Positions 1 through 13,017 of a stretch of DNA of 59,257 nucleotides are shown here, in pieces; position 1 is the stretch's first letter; each line of letters begins with the position of its first letter. The stretch lies in the NCBI RefSeq assembly GCF_001194135.2, contig NC_069004.1:30785575-30844831 (forward strand), in the 5' to 3' direction. The stretch is from Octopus bimaculoides (taxonomy: Eukaryota). The notes beneath the pieces are model-generated. The model worked only from the letters and a program-made list of their open reading frames with translations. It had not been told where the DNA came from and searched no databases. A program made the position numbers and the translations under genes.

Positions 1-444
1 TTCCGATCTATATATGTATATATATATACATATATAAATCAAGGGGTGAGTTTAAAAGACTGAAAAGAACACTAGTAAGAAAGATCACACACACACAGAC
101 CTGTGTGTGTGTACGTATGTATGCGTGCATATGCGTATATGTATGTTTATATGCACGTGTGGTTTATATATGTAGGTATATAAAGTACAACAGCATAAAC
201 TTATACGAAAGTTATATCATAGTGAATTGGAAATATATGTGTGTGTAAGTATATATGTATGTATGTGTATATGTATGTATATGTATGTGTGTATATGTAT
301 GTATACATAGATAAATAGATATACTCTTATGCAGATGGCCAATCTAATATTATTGATCATAATAATAATAATAATATCATCATCATCATTATCAATATCA
401 TCTTCATCATTATTACAATCATTACAACTTTCTACACATACACA

Positions 445-504
<60 letters not shown>

Positions 505-574
505 TACATATATATCTAACTATATATATACACACACACACAAATATCTATATATATATATATATGCAGCTGTT

Positions 575-795
575 AATCCCAAAACATTTTCTTTCATTCC
601 GTTTCTTTCTTCTTTTTTTTTCCTCTCCCCATCTGTCTCCTTTCCTCATTCCTTTCCGTTGAAGAGCTTAGGCTCGAAACGTCAAACACTTCTCCCATTT
701 TTCCTAAGTGCCAGACAATTAACACCTTGTTTTTGTTCCCTCACCTGTGGATGTATTTTGCTTTATATTGTTCGTTTTGTGCAACTTTGAACCAT
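575..795 (+). mobile_element. Penelope-like terminal (pLTR) fragment with hammerhead-like motif
   Basis: Pyrimidine-rich tail plus CCGTTGA-A-GAGC-TTAG-GCTC-GAAACGTC at 656-683; related sequence on the minus strand at about 33830-33960. Confidence 0.5.
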
Positions 796-960
796 ATATG
801 TGTATGTGTCTGTGTGTGTGTGTGTGTGTGTTTGTGCATACACACATGCTTACACTCATACATATATACATATATACATACATACATTCATACACACACA
901 CACTCATACATACATACATACGTACATATATACGTACACACACACGTGTATATATATGTG

Positions 961-992
<32 letters not shown>

Positions 993-1159
993 CACGCACA
1001 CACTTACATATATACGCATCATGCGCATACACACTCACACACAGATGTGTAGTGTATTCAAGTGTGTGTATGTGTGTGTCGTTGCGTGTATGTGTATATA
1101 TGTATGTATATGTATATATAAGTATATATGCAAGAATGTATGTGTGACTGTGCGTACGC

Positions 1160-1227
<68 letters not shown>

Positions 1228-1739
1228 NNNNNNNNNNNNNNNNNNNNNNNNNNNNNNNNNNNNNNNNNNNNNNNNNNNNNNNNNNNNNNNNNNNNNNNNN
1301 NNNNNNNNNNNNNNNNNNNNNNNNNNNNNNNNNNNNNNNNNNNNNNNNNNNNNNNNNNNNNNNNNNNNNNNNNNNNNNNNNNNNNNNNNNNNNNNNNNNN
1401 NNNNNNNNNNNNNNNNNNNNNNNNNNNNNNNNNNNNNNNNNNNNNNNNNNNNNNNNNNNNNNNNNNNNNNNNNNNNNNNNNNNNNNNNNNNNNNNNNNNN
1501 NNNNNNNNNNNNNNNNNNNNNNNNNNNNNNNNNNNNNNNNNNNNNNNNNNNNNNNNNNNNNNNNNNNNNNNNNNNNNNNNNNNNNNNNNNNNNNNNNNNN
1601 NNNNNNNNNNNNNNNNNNNNNNNNNNNNNNNNNNNNNNNNNNNNNNNNNNNNNNNNNNNNNNNNNNNNNNNNNNNNNNNNNNNNNNNNNNNNNNNNNNNN
1701 NNNNNNNNNNNNNNNNNNNNNNNNNNNNNNNNNNNNNNN

Positions 1740-1770
<31 letters not shown>

Positions 1771-1834
1771 ACATGTATATATGTATATCTATATACATAT
1801 ATATATATATTCATGCATACATATATATATACAT

Positions 1835-1904
<70 letters not shown>

Positions 1905-2143
1905 ATAATTGTATGCGTTATATTTATATATATGTATAAAAAATATATATGAGTGTATATATATGCATATATATATATATATGTACATCTATGTGTATAT
2001 GCGCGTGGTTCTCTACGTGTCGGTGTATTTGTGAGTTAAGTACCTACAGTTACATGAACATTTAAAGTACACAAAGTACAGGAAAATATATACTACCCCC
2101 TGTTATGCTAGCCTGATATATCATGTATTATATAATACGTATA

Positions 2144-2368
2144 CCGCCGGGGTCGACTTTGCCTTTCATCCTTTCGGGGTCGATAGATTAAGTACCAGTT
2201 GCATACTGGAGTCGATCTAATTGACTGACCCTCTCCCCAAAAATTTCGGGTCTAGTGCCTTGAGTAGAAAAGAATCGTTAGCGCGCCAGGCGAGGTCAAC
2301 TTTGCCTTTCCTCCTTTGAGGGTCGATAAAATAAGTAGCAGTTGAACACTAAGATCGTTGTAAACGAC
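2144..2368 (+). mobile_element. SINE-A, two head-to-tail partial copies
   Basis: GAGGTCGACTTTGCCTTTCATCCTTTCGGGGTCGAT...AAGTACCAGTTG...GAGTAGAAAAGAA body, as in the full copies at 21604 and 57229. Confidence 0.9.
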
Positions 2369-2480
2369 TTGTGTATGTTTGTGTCATTGCTTTTCTATAA
2401 GCCAGCGAAATAAAACATCAAAAGATGAATGGGCACCGACGAACCGCACTCCGATTTTTAATATCTACCTAAATACATAG

Positions 2481-2578
2481 GCCATAGGCAAATTGACAGA
2501 AAACGGGACACAGCAGAAGAGAAACACTGGATGACCTACATCAATGAGCTTATTGCCGATCCCCTATATATTCAGCAA
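2481..2578 (+). CDS. Candidate internal exon (GHRQIDRKRDTAEEKHWMTYINELIADPLYIQQ), product unknown
   Basis: TACATAG acceptor, CAA|GTGAGG donor, open frame (phase 1 to 0). The acceptor tract is only moderate and there is no homology support. Confidence 0.25.
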
Positions 2579-2761
2579 GTGAGGTATCCTCACAAGACGC
2601 AACCTACCTCATGTTACACTGGTTGTCTCATTTCAATCTTGAGAGAATGTAAAATGATCCATGAAGCTCACGAGGCATACATCAACTGTAGCTTGAATGC
2701 ACCTTTGGCGGTATGAGATTCACTATACGGAATATCAACTATAGTAACCAGCCGTTCATAA

Positions 2762-2975
2762 TACTTTTCTAATTTTGACACAAGGTCAACAATTTTAAGG
2801 GGAGGAGGAAACCGCTTATATCGACCCCAGTTCTCAACTGGTACTTATTTTATCGGCCTCGATTGGATTAACAGTAAAGTCGATCTCGGCGGCATATGAA
2901 CTGAGAACGTAATGCCTGAAGAAAAACCGCTAAGCATTTTGTAAGATGTGCTGACGGTTCAACCAGTTCGCTGCC

Positions 2976-2977
<2 letters not shown>
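2762..2977 (-). mobile_element. SINE-A
   Basis: Reverse complement of AAGGC(G)GCGA(G)CTGG...GTTAGCAC...GAGTTCA...GAGGTCGA...AGTACCAGTTG; the head abuts (TAA)n. Confidence 0.85.
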
Positions 2978-3048
<71 letters not shown>

Positions 3049-3050
<2 letters not shown>

Positions 3051-3285
3051 TGCCTTAGGTATAATAAAAAAATATTCAGACAAATACATAACAAAAACAC
3101 CAGGACTTACAAATATATATAACATACAGAAAATTGCACTACTGGGTACTGCACACATTCTACGCAAAACACTTTCAATACAGTAAACATAAGAGCACCA
3201 CAGCAAACCACAGCACATACCCAAGGCGCACAGAGCTGCGCTCGGTAGTGAAGTGAAAGCACGTTATAAAAATAAAACTACTGAA
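3049..3285 (+). mobile_element. 5'-truncated R4/Dong-like RLE non-LTR retrotransposon 3' end
   Basis: Translates ALGIIKKYSDKYITKTPGLTNIYNIQKIALLGTAHILRKTLSIQ* (stop 3184-3186), like the C-terminus of RLE elements; flanked on both sides by (TAA)n. Confidence 0.8.
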
Positions 3286-3313
3286 TAATAATAATAATAA
3301 TAATAACAATAAC

Positions 3314-3349
<36 letters not shown>

Positions 3350-3562
3350 CCTTTCTACTATAGGCAAAAGGCCTTGAAATTTTGTGGGGGGAGACTAATC
3401 GATTACATCGACTCCAGTGTGTTACTGGTACTTAATACATCGACTCCGAAAGGATAAAAGGTAAAGTCAACCTCGAGGAGATTTGAACGAGAAGCAATGC
3501 CAGAAGAAATACCGGTGAACATTTTGTCCGACGCTGTAACGACTCTCCCAGCCTGACGCCTT
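3350..3562 (-). mobile_element. SINE-A with (ATT)n tail
   Basis: Reverse-complement match to the SINE-A body; the tail runs into 3286-3349. Confidence 0.85.
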
Positions 3563-3619
3563 AACCTATCACATGACCTTATAGATAATTCATTATCTGC
3601 TGTCGTAGTACATTTGTCA

Positions 3620-3830
3620 GCTATCTTCATCTATCTGCATTGTTCATTCATGTTCGTCGCACGATGATGGACGCCTCACATATCCCTTCCGTCATCAGCG
3701 TCGTAGCTTCGGCAACAATCCCGGTACACGTCTGCTTTTCATCGGGGTTTTGGCTAAGGAATCCTACGGACTATCTTCCCATGAGTTGATGTTGACCAGA
3801 TGACGACTTGGCTACTGGACAATGTGGTGT
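3620..3830 (-). mobile_element. Decayed RTE-like LINE 3' end
   Basis: Frameshifted translation SQVVIWSTSTHGK...TGIVAEATTLMTEGICEASIIVRR resembles RTE C-termini (LW.P.HG...RDTG...LM.DR..WR). Confidence 0.5.
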
Positions 3831-4035
3831 ATATTAGACAATACCTAGTAGGCTGCAGCTGTTACCGATATATAGTCTGTTATTTTACCTTGTATAAGCG
3901 CAGCATGACCTAATTGTTAAGAAGTTATCTTTGCAACCACGAGTACACAGGTTCAATCCCACTCTGTGAAATCTTACACCCAAACTCCATTACATGTTAA
4001 GCTATACCACCTTTACTTTTTACACCTCCAGCCAT

Positions 4036-4455
4036 TATATTGGCTTCAAATTTTTGCACAAGGCCAACATTTTCGTGGGAAGGAAGAAATCAATTACATC
4101 GGCCTAGAGCTCAACTGGTACTTCTTTCATCGACCCTTAAAGGATGACAGGCAAAGTCGACCTCGGCGGAACTTGAACCCAGAACGTAAAAACGGACGAA
4201 ATTCAACCAAACATTTTGTCCGGCATGCTAACGCTTCTGCCACCTTCCTTCGTCCTTCAAATTTTGGCACAGGGACGACAATTTCGTGGGAGAGGATAAA
4301 TCGATTACACAGGCCAACGTGCTCAACTGGTACTTATTTTACCGACCCCGAAAGGATGAAAGGCAAAGTCGAATCCGGTGGAATTTGAACTCAGGACATA
4401 AGGATGGATGAAATGCCGCTAAACATTTTGCCCGGCATGCTAACGATTCTGTCGG
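4036..4455 (-). mobile_element. Two tandem SINE-A copies
   Basis: Two consecutive reverse-complement SINE-A bodies (about 4036-4245 and 4255-4455). Confidence 0.85.
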
Positions 4456-4914
4456 TCTCCCCCCCCCCCTAAGAATATAAATAACATCATAAAGACGTTA
4501 GTGTTTCTTTTGCTATCTTCTTCGTATTTACTGTGTTCTCCAAATTCACCATTGAAATTAGCAAACAGGAAATGTACAACCGAAGAGTACTTAGGAGTTA
4601 AGAAAATCTAGAAATTTATAAATAATATTCGTAGTTGAAATATGGCCTTGATTGTGTAAACAGTGGGTCTGGAAGTAGATAAGGCTATGAATAGATAAGG
4701 CGTGAAGAAAACTGGGTTTTAAAAAAAGCTTCTTTGTTGGAAGAAGTCAAAAGCCGTTTATGGAACTCGAACCAACATCTTCTGTGGACATGACCTACGT
4801 TCTACTATTATACCGAAGTAACCCTTCGAATTTCTTCCAATATTTGGGATTTATCTGCATCGATTTCTACCGTTACAAATGTTGTGCGTGCATCTGTGTA
4901 TGTGCGTGTGTGTA

Positions 4915-4970
<56 letters not shown>

Positions 4971-5399
4971 CGGATTCCTCGGGAAGTGGTCAATTACAGT
5001 AGAACTCAATCCTTAAATATCGTGTATTCTTTAATCCATTACAACTGAAAAGTACATCATTCCAGTTCTCCAAGTCACACGTTCTCGATCTTTCAGCTGG
5101 TAATCCGAGACTGCTTTTCCCTTGAAAGATCTGTTGTTGGAACATATTTTGAAAAAACAATTCAATGAAAACTATATCGCCGCCTAAGATTATCAAATTA
5201 TCAAATTAATTTTTTAAAAATAATTCAATTAATGCAAGGTAGACTTAGATATGTTAAGTCTTCTTCGTGGTAACAAGATCATGGGTCCGAAGCTTATAAG
5301 AGTTTCTGCGAAGATTTAAAACACTGAGAGCACAAAACTCACACCTGGATAGGACACAAGCTCACTGCAGGATTAACTCCCTACTCTCGACTGTCACCA

Positions 5400-5665
5400 G
5401 TACTGCTTTGTAGAGTAGCTTCTTTCGAGCAACAATAGAAACCGAGCTCTTATACGGCGGCACTACATCGTCTCTAACGAAGGCACCGGAAAGCAAACTA
5501 GGTGGAAGATCATACGCAAGATTTCTGAGAGCAGCACTTAACATCAAATGGCAGTTTTATAAAACAAACCAGATTTTTTTATGGTAATCTTCTAAGAATT
5601 ACCTCCACCACAAAGGAACAAAGTCTGAGATTCTGTGGATACTTCTTTCGTAGCAAGAGTAGGTC
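5400..5665 (+). mobile_element. Decayed RTE-like LINE, post-RT region
   Basis: FFRATIETELLYGGTTSSLTKAPESKLGGRSYARFLRAALNIKWQ, then YGNLLRITSTTKEQSLRFCGYFFRS after a frameshift; matches the RTE pattern VESVLLYG..TWTLTK...RMLRAALN..W. Confidence 0.75.
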
Positions 5666-6399
5666 AATAAATGTGTACATACATGTGCATCCATATATAC
5701 ATACATACATGTACATCCATATATCCATCCATCCATACATACATACATACATACATACATACATACATGCATACATACTCCGTTGCAGAATAATGCAGTA
5801 CAAGAAAATAGGGCATTGGCTACATTTGCATCATGGAGCTAAATATAAGAGATATTCGCAGAACGCTCTGGATCAGATTGGATTGCCATGTTCAGCCCAT
5901 CTATTTATCTATCTGATTCATTTTAGATGTGATTTCGTCTGACACGGGCAGCCTTCAACTTTTTTCCGTTCAAAAGGGTTTTCAACTCATTTTTTCAGAT
6001 TTCTATGTATAGCTTTGTGTCTGATTAGAGACCCACTATTCTAAAAAAAAAAGAATCATTTCACGTTCAATCGAAAGTATATAAAATTCTTATGGAATGA
6101 ATTGGGTTGCTCAGCTTCAGTCCACTCCGGGATGAGGGCCTTAGCGTGTTCTCTCTACCATTTGATGTGAAGTCCATGGATTTGAACTTGCGATCACACT
6201 GGTCTAATGAGCCTACTCTGTCACACTGGCTCGGCAGATGGATGCAGACTTTTTTTATTCTTCACCAGCTGTGGTTAAGTCGATCACATCACCCGCAGCG
6301 CTCAACCGCTACTTTTATTTTAATCAAACCAGAAAGGATCAAAGCAAGTCTGACCAACACGAATTGCAATGTTCTATAGTAGATTAATCTTAGTTCTTG

Positions 6400-6640
6400 C
6401 CGTACAGTTAGTTAACCTCTACATCAGGCGGCAAGACATTTCCAATAATCTCAGTTTTTCACGCAATGTCTTCTCGGGTCTCTCTCTTTCTTCCTCTGTC
6501 CCTCTGGTGGTACCCAATGTATTGCTGTTACCTCAAGAATTCGTCCTTCTGGCAGTTGGAAAACATGATCTGCAAATCTCACTCTTCTTTCCTGCCATAA
6601 TTTCCAGCAAGTTATTCAAATTGGTTGTTCCTAGGATTCC
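6400..6640 (-). mobile_element. Decayed RTE-like LINE 3' end
   Basis: Frameshifted HVFQLPEGRILEVTAIHWVPPEGQRK...RPEKTLR resembles RTE GH..RL...R..K.A..W.PEG.R.RGRP.KT. Confidence 0.6.
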
Positions 6641-6732
6641 ACTATATTTTATTATTATACGCTATAAGGCTTCATATTTTGCTTTACATCTTATATTTGT
6701 AGATTGTATGTATATATATATATACATACATA

Positions 6733-7057
6733 CAGGGTGTTCAAAAAGTTTCTCCGCAGTGAATCGTTTGAAGATACCATCAACACCGAGAGATATCGCT
6801 CAAATGTTGTCTCTCCATTTGTAGGCCAACTCACTGAAAGTGAAATTAATAATGCATACTTTCAGCAAAATGGAACTACAGCACATACTTCGCCCATCGC
6901 CATGGCGCTACTTGAAGAGTTTTTCGGTGAACGGATTATTTCGAAGGGACTTTGGCCGCCAAGATCACCTGATTTAACACCGACAGACATTTTTTTTAAA
7001 GGATCAGTGTACAAGAATCACCCGAAAACCAAAGAGAGAGGTGGGATAAAAGAGTAA
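6733..7057 (+). mobile_element. Tc1/mariner transposase remnant with one TIR
   Basis: TA|CAGGGTGTTCAAAAAG terminus; YFQQNGTTAH...WPPRSPDLTPTD motifs (second catalytic D mutated to N); internally deleted. Confidence 0.85.
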
Positions 7058-7348
7058 ACTCGTTAGAACTTTTGACATAATGTTTTTGGTATCTGTTGCG
7101 GTCCACTGTGCTGTGAGTTCAAATACCGCCGCAGACATCGTATGCATTTGACTCTTTCAGAGCAAATAACTACAGCAATTGGAATGCACGGATCGATACA
7201 TCCTCTCACCATCCATACCGTACTCTCTCACATCGCTCCTTCTCACACACACACACACACATTTATTTAACGCATATGATTATATACATATGTAATAAAT
7301 ATACATACATGTATGAGTTTATGTATGTATGTACACGCTTGATCATGC

Positions 7349-7403
<55 letters not shown>

Positions 7404-7454
7404 AAATCAGCCATGTATACCATTCGTATAGATACACATATTTGTATATATGGA

Positions 7455-7507
<53 letters not shown>

Positions 7508-7798
7508 GCATGTATGTATGTGTGTGTGTATGTATGTATGTGTGTGTGTATGTATGTATGTGTGTGTGTGTATGTATGCATGTAAGTAATTCTTAAACTA
7601 CATTATTATTGAGAGTAACATCAGAGTTTCGGCCAGTAAAACGTCGTTGGACTGCGAAGTCACTGTCAATAACATTCTTGTGTAAGAATAATAAATTTCT
7701 AGGGTAACCCATCCAGATTAATGTAACATTGTTTGTATTATAACTGAACATAAAAACAAACAATAATATATAGAAACACACACACACACACAAACACA

Positions 7799-8016
7799 CG
7801 AGGGAATGCCGAAAAGTTCCTGGCTTTGAGTAAAACAAAATGCAGGAGGATCAGTTAAATTATGATTTTATCCAACCTCAGATTCCCCTCTCAGCTTCAC
7901 ACACAGATTGCAGCGGCCCTTCAGGTTTTCTAAGTTCTGTGGAAGAACTCGGAAGGTTGGGCCTCCAACCAACCATTTGCCATACCCTTAAAGCAAAGAA
8001 TTTGCAGTTCCCCTCG
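7799..8016. mobile_element. Non-autonomous mariner-type MITE
   Basis: Imperfect TIRs CGAGGGAATGCCGAAAAGTTCCTGGCTTT ... AAAGCAAAGAATTTGCAGTTCCCCTCG, with CA/TG in place of the TA target duplication. Confidence 0.7.
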
Positions 8017-8071
<55 letters not shown>

Positions 8072-8137
8072 TAAGTTGTCTTTAAAAAATACAAAATATA
8101 GAACCAAATGCACTCACATGTACATACATGTATGTAT

Positions 8138-8174
<37 letters not shown>

Positions 8175-8257
8175 CAAATATGTATATAATTATATATATG
8201 CATGTGTGTGTGCGTGCATGTATTCGTGTATGTGTGAGGGTGTCTCTGTGTGTGTCA

Positions 8258-8289
<32 letters not shown>

Positions 8290-8422
8290 TTGTTTTTTTC
8301 TTCTTGTTTTTGCCTTTGTGAGTTACAAGTAATGCTATCTGTTGGAGTCTCAGCTTTTTTAGCTGCTATTTCTGAACTTCGGTATATGGTGAAACAAATA
8401 TTTGCTGATCCCTTAATTATGT
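8290..8422. repeat. Dispersed young repeat, copy 1 (inverted copy at 30381-30520)
   Basis: About 135 nt with only about 6-7 mismatches to the reverse complement of 30381-30520; embedded in (AT)n. Confidence 0.9.
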
Positions 8423-8545
8423 ATATACATATATATATATTTTCATTTTGTGTATATACGTCTATATTTATGACTGAATGAATATCCGTTTTAAACACAG
8501 CACACTTCTTATTTCCTTTTCAGTTGCCACTTTTATCACTTAGAC

Positions 8546-8877
8546 CAGTGGTTCTGAAACAGGGTCCATATAAGAATTGTTGAAGGGTCCACGCAACAAA
8601 AGAGTAAATTGGGGATCCACAATAAGGGCTCCTGATAAAACTTTTGCTTTAGATGTATCTTGTATTGGTATGTCTTAGAAGAAACATCTGGGTTTCTTTC
8701 TCTAACATTTTACACAGTTCAACCTACACAAGTTAATGTTTGAAGAACAAAACAGGAATTTTGAAAGAAGTATCTATAAAATTCGTTTTGAAACATCGAA
8801 TGGCTATAGGGGTCCACTAGAATAAGATAGTAATCAAAGGGGTCCATAGATTTTAAAAAATGGTTTGAGAGCTCCTG
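8546..8877. mobile_element. hAT-type MITE, followed by a partial duplicate of its internal region (8880-9030)
   Basis: Ends CAGTGGTTCTGAAAC / GTTTGAGAGCTCCTG; flanking 8-mers ACTTAGAC and TTTTAGAT both carry the central TAGA of Charlie-like target sites. Confidence 0.65.
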
Positions 8878-9734
8878 TTTTAGATGTGTGTATTGGTATG
8901 TATTGCAAAGAAATAGCTGGGTTTCTTTCTCTAACGTTTTATATAGTCTCAACCTACACAAGTTAATGTGTAAAAACACGAAATAGGGATTTTGAAAGAG
9001 ATTTCTATAAAACTAATTTTGCAGCATTGAATGACTAAGCGGGTCAACCAGAATATATATATATATATATATATATANNNNNNNNNNNNNNNNNNNNNNN
9101 NNNNNNNNNNNNNNNNNNNNNNNNNNNNNNNNNNNNNNNNNNNNNNNNNNNNNNNNNNNNNNNNNNNNNNNNNNNNNNNNNNNNNNNNNNNNNNNNNNNN
9201 NNNNNNNNNNNNNNNNNNNNNNNNNNNNNNNNNNNNNNNNNNNNNNNNNNNNNNNNNNNNNNNNNNNNNNNNNNNNNNNNNNNNNNNNNNNNNNNNNNNN
9301 NNNNNNNNNNNNNNNNNNNNNNNNNNNNNNNNNNNNNNNNNNNNNNNNNNNNNNNNNNNNNNNNNNNNNNNNNNNNNNNNNNNNNNNNNNNNNNNNNNNN
9401 NNNNNNNNNNNNNNNNNNNNNNNNNNNNNNNNNNNNNNNNNNNNNNNNNNNNNNNNNNNNNNNNNNNNNNNNNNNNNNNNNNNNNNNNNNNNNNNNNNNN
9501 NNNNNNNNNNNNNNNNNNNNNNNNNNNNNNNNNNNNNNNNNNNNNNNNNNNNNNNNNNNNNNNNNNNNNNNNNNNNNNNNNNNNNNNNNNNNNNNNNNNN
9601 NNNNNNNNNNNNNNNNNNNNNNNNNNNNNNNNNNNNNNNNNNNNNNNNNNNNNNNNNNNNNNNNNNNNNNNNNNNNNNNNNNNNNNNNNNNNNNNNNNNN
9701 NNNNNNNNNNNNNNNNNNNNNNNNNNNNNNNNNN

Positions 9735-9791
<57 letters not shown>

Positions 9792-10398
9792 ATATAGGTT
9801 GATGGATAGAGACAGACAGACAGATAGACAGACAGACAGACAGACAGATATAAATTGTATTTAAAAAATATCTTTATATGTGAATATATATGTGTGTGTG
9901 TATGTGTTCAAAATGTGTGTTGATTATCAAACTGATTGATGGGAAAGAATGAGACAGACAAGGGGAGAAAAAGAAAGAGAGGGAAAGAGAGAGGGAAAGA
10001 GAGAGGGAGAGAATGAGAGAGAGGGGGGGGTTACAGTATTCCAGATGCATTACCAACGTTGTAATCATTTCTATGGAGAAAAACGCGAAAAAAACATGAC
10101 GTCATCGCATGGCTGTGCTTGGGGTATATGTATATGTATATGTATGTGTATGTGTATGTATGTGTATGTGTGTGTGTGTGGGTGGGTGAAAGAGACAGAC
10201 AGACAGACACAGGCAGAGTGCCTGTGTGTGAGCAGAAGTGTGTATGTATGTATATTTGGCTGGCTGTGTATTCGTGTATACGCGTATGTAAGTATATGCA
10301 TATATTTGTAGGTATTTATTCATGTATGCATTTATGTTGTATTTATATACATATACATATATATATATGGGGGGGGGGTATACACACTCAGATATATT

Positions 10399-10448
<50 letters not shown>

Positions 10449-10535
10449 AATATGTACGCATATATATGTACATATATATATATATGTATTTATAATTATA
10501 TATATTTATGTATATATATCTATTATATTTGTGTT

Positions 10536-10588
<53 letters not shown>

Positions 10589-11717
10589 NNNNNNNNNNNN
10601 NNNNNNNNNNNNNNNNNNNNNNNNNNNNNNNNNNNNNNNNNNNNNNNNNNNNNNNNNNNNNNNNNNNNNNNNNNNNNNNNNNNNNNNNNNNNNNNNNNNN
10701 NNNNNNNNNNNNNNNNNNNNNNNNNNNNNNNNNNNNNNNNNNNNNNNNNNNNNNNNNNNNNNNNNNNNNNNNNNNNNNNNNNNNNNNNNNNNNNNNNNNN
10801 NNNNNNNNNNNNNNNNNNNNNNNNNNNNNNNNNNNNNNNNNNNNNNNNNNNNNNNNNNNNNNNNNNNNNNNNNNNNNNNNNNNNNNNNNNNNNNNNNNNN
10901 NNNNNNNNNNNNNNNNNNNNNNNNNNNNNNNNNNNNNNNNNNNNNNNNNNNNNNNNNNNNNNNNNNNNNNNNNNNNNNNNNNNNNNNNNNNNNNNNNNNN
11001 NNNNNNNNNNNNNNNNNNNNNNNNNNNNNNNNNNNNNNNNNNNNNNNNNNNNNNNNNNNNNNNNNNNNNNNNNNNNNNNNNNNNNNNNNNNNATACATAC
11101 ACGTACACCTGTAAACATAACAAACACACACATCCATCCATCCATCCATACATACATACATTCATTCATACATACACACACACACACACACATACATACA
11201 TACATACATACATACATACATACATACATACATACATACATACATACATTTCTAGTTCCAACCACAGATGTGTCGGTTGGAATGAAAGAAATAACCAACA
11301 GCGACCAAAGAGGAAGAATTTCTCTGGCTCCGTTGTCCGAATGTCAGTTACGTTCTATGCAGAGACTCCATTTTGGCACCCATCCATCACTTCTCTCGGC
11401 TAGTTCCATGTAATGTCAGCCATTTTAGCAGAGCCCGTCAGCCGACCAGCCTGCTGACTAGCTTAGCGAGCCAGCCAGCCGGGCAACATCGCCGGTGTGT
11501 ACGCTACTCTATGGCTTTTAAATATATATATGTATGTATATGTATATAAAAATGTGTGTGTGTGTGTGTTTGTGTGTGTGTGTTTGTGTGCGTGTGTGTA
11601 TGTGTGTTTATGTGTGTAAACATAAATATATATGTACATGTATATGTACGTATAGATAGATGGATATACATATATGTACATACATACATATACATATATA
11701 TGTATATATATATATAC

Positions 11718-11736
11718 ATATAGATGCCCGACATTA

Positions 11737-11770
<34 letters not shown>

Positions 11771-11789
11771 TAATGTCGGGCATCTATAT
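11718..11789. repeat. Perfect 72-bp palindrome (22-bp arms around (TA)14)
   Basis: ATATAGATGCCCGACATTATGA-(TA)14-TCATAATGTCGGGCATCTATAT; the ORF track shows the same peptide on both strands. Confidence 0.97.
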
Positions 11790-11885
11790 ACATGTACATA
11801 CATACATAAATATCTACAAGTATCTGTGTATACACATACATATATTTATGCATATATGCATATATATACGTACATATATATTACA

Positions 11886-11938
<53 letters not shown>

Positions 11939-12454
11939 CATGTTTGTGTGTATGTATGTAAGTATGTATGTATGTATATATAAGATTGAAGATTGCATGC
12001 GTGTATATAGATCGTGGGAGTGAAGGATACAGTGATATTGTATGCGTGTATATATATATATATATACATATATATGTATATATGTGTGTGTATGCATGTA
12101 TATATGTACGTATATGTATGTAAAATCTATATATTTATATACGTGTGTGTCTATATGTGTGTGTATTTTTGTAAATACAAATACACACACACACACATCC
12201 ATTCATTTATACATACATACATACATACATGCATACAAACATGCATATATACGTACGAACTCATACATATATAATTCCCTAGATACGTACATAGTGGTGT
12301 ATGTGTGTGTCTATGTATTTCAATGTGTTGATATTATCTCTCTCTCACACACACACACACATGCATACAGCGTGTGTTTGTAGTATATATGCGTCTATGA
12401 GTATGTGTGTGTGCGTTTGTGTGCGTTTGTGTGTGTGTGTGTGTGTGTGTGTGC

Positions 12455-12487
<33 letters not shown>

Positions 12488-12893
12488 GCGCGCGCAGTGA
12501 ACCGTTGATTGGTCCGTTGGAACTTTATATCCAAAGATGCCATTGTTCATAAATACATGCAAGAAATGAATATACACNNNNNNNNNNNNNNNNNNNNNNN
12601 NNNNNNNNNNNNNNNNNNNNNNNNNNNNNNNNNNNNNNNNNNNNNNNNNNNNNNNNNNNNNNNNNNNNNNNNNNNNNNNNNNNNNNNNNNNNNNNNNNNN
12701 NNNNNNNNNNNNNNNNNNNNNNNNNNNNNNNNNNNNNNNNNNNNNNNNNNNNNNNNNNNNNNNNNNNNNNNNNNNNNNNNNNNNNNNNNNNNNNNNNNNN
12801 NNNNNNNNNNNNNNNNNNNNNNNNNNNNNNNNNNNNNNNNNNNNNNNNNNNNNNNNNNNNNNNNNNNNNNNNNNNNNNNNNNNNNNNNNNNNN

Positions 12894-12939
<46 letters not shown>

Positions 12940-12983
12940 GTAAGTATATGTACTATTACATTATGTATAAACGTGTGTGTGTG

Positions 12984-13017
<34 letters not shown>

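Noticed and set aside
11268-11409. Unique island with splice-like signals on both strands
   Set aside because: Two plus frames and one minus frame are all similarly plausible and none is recognisable.
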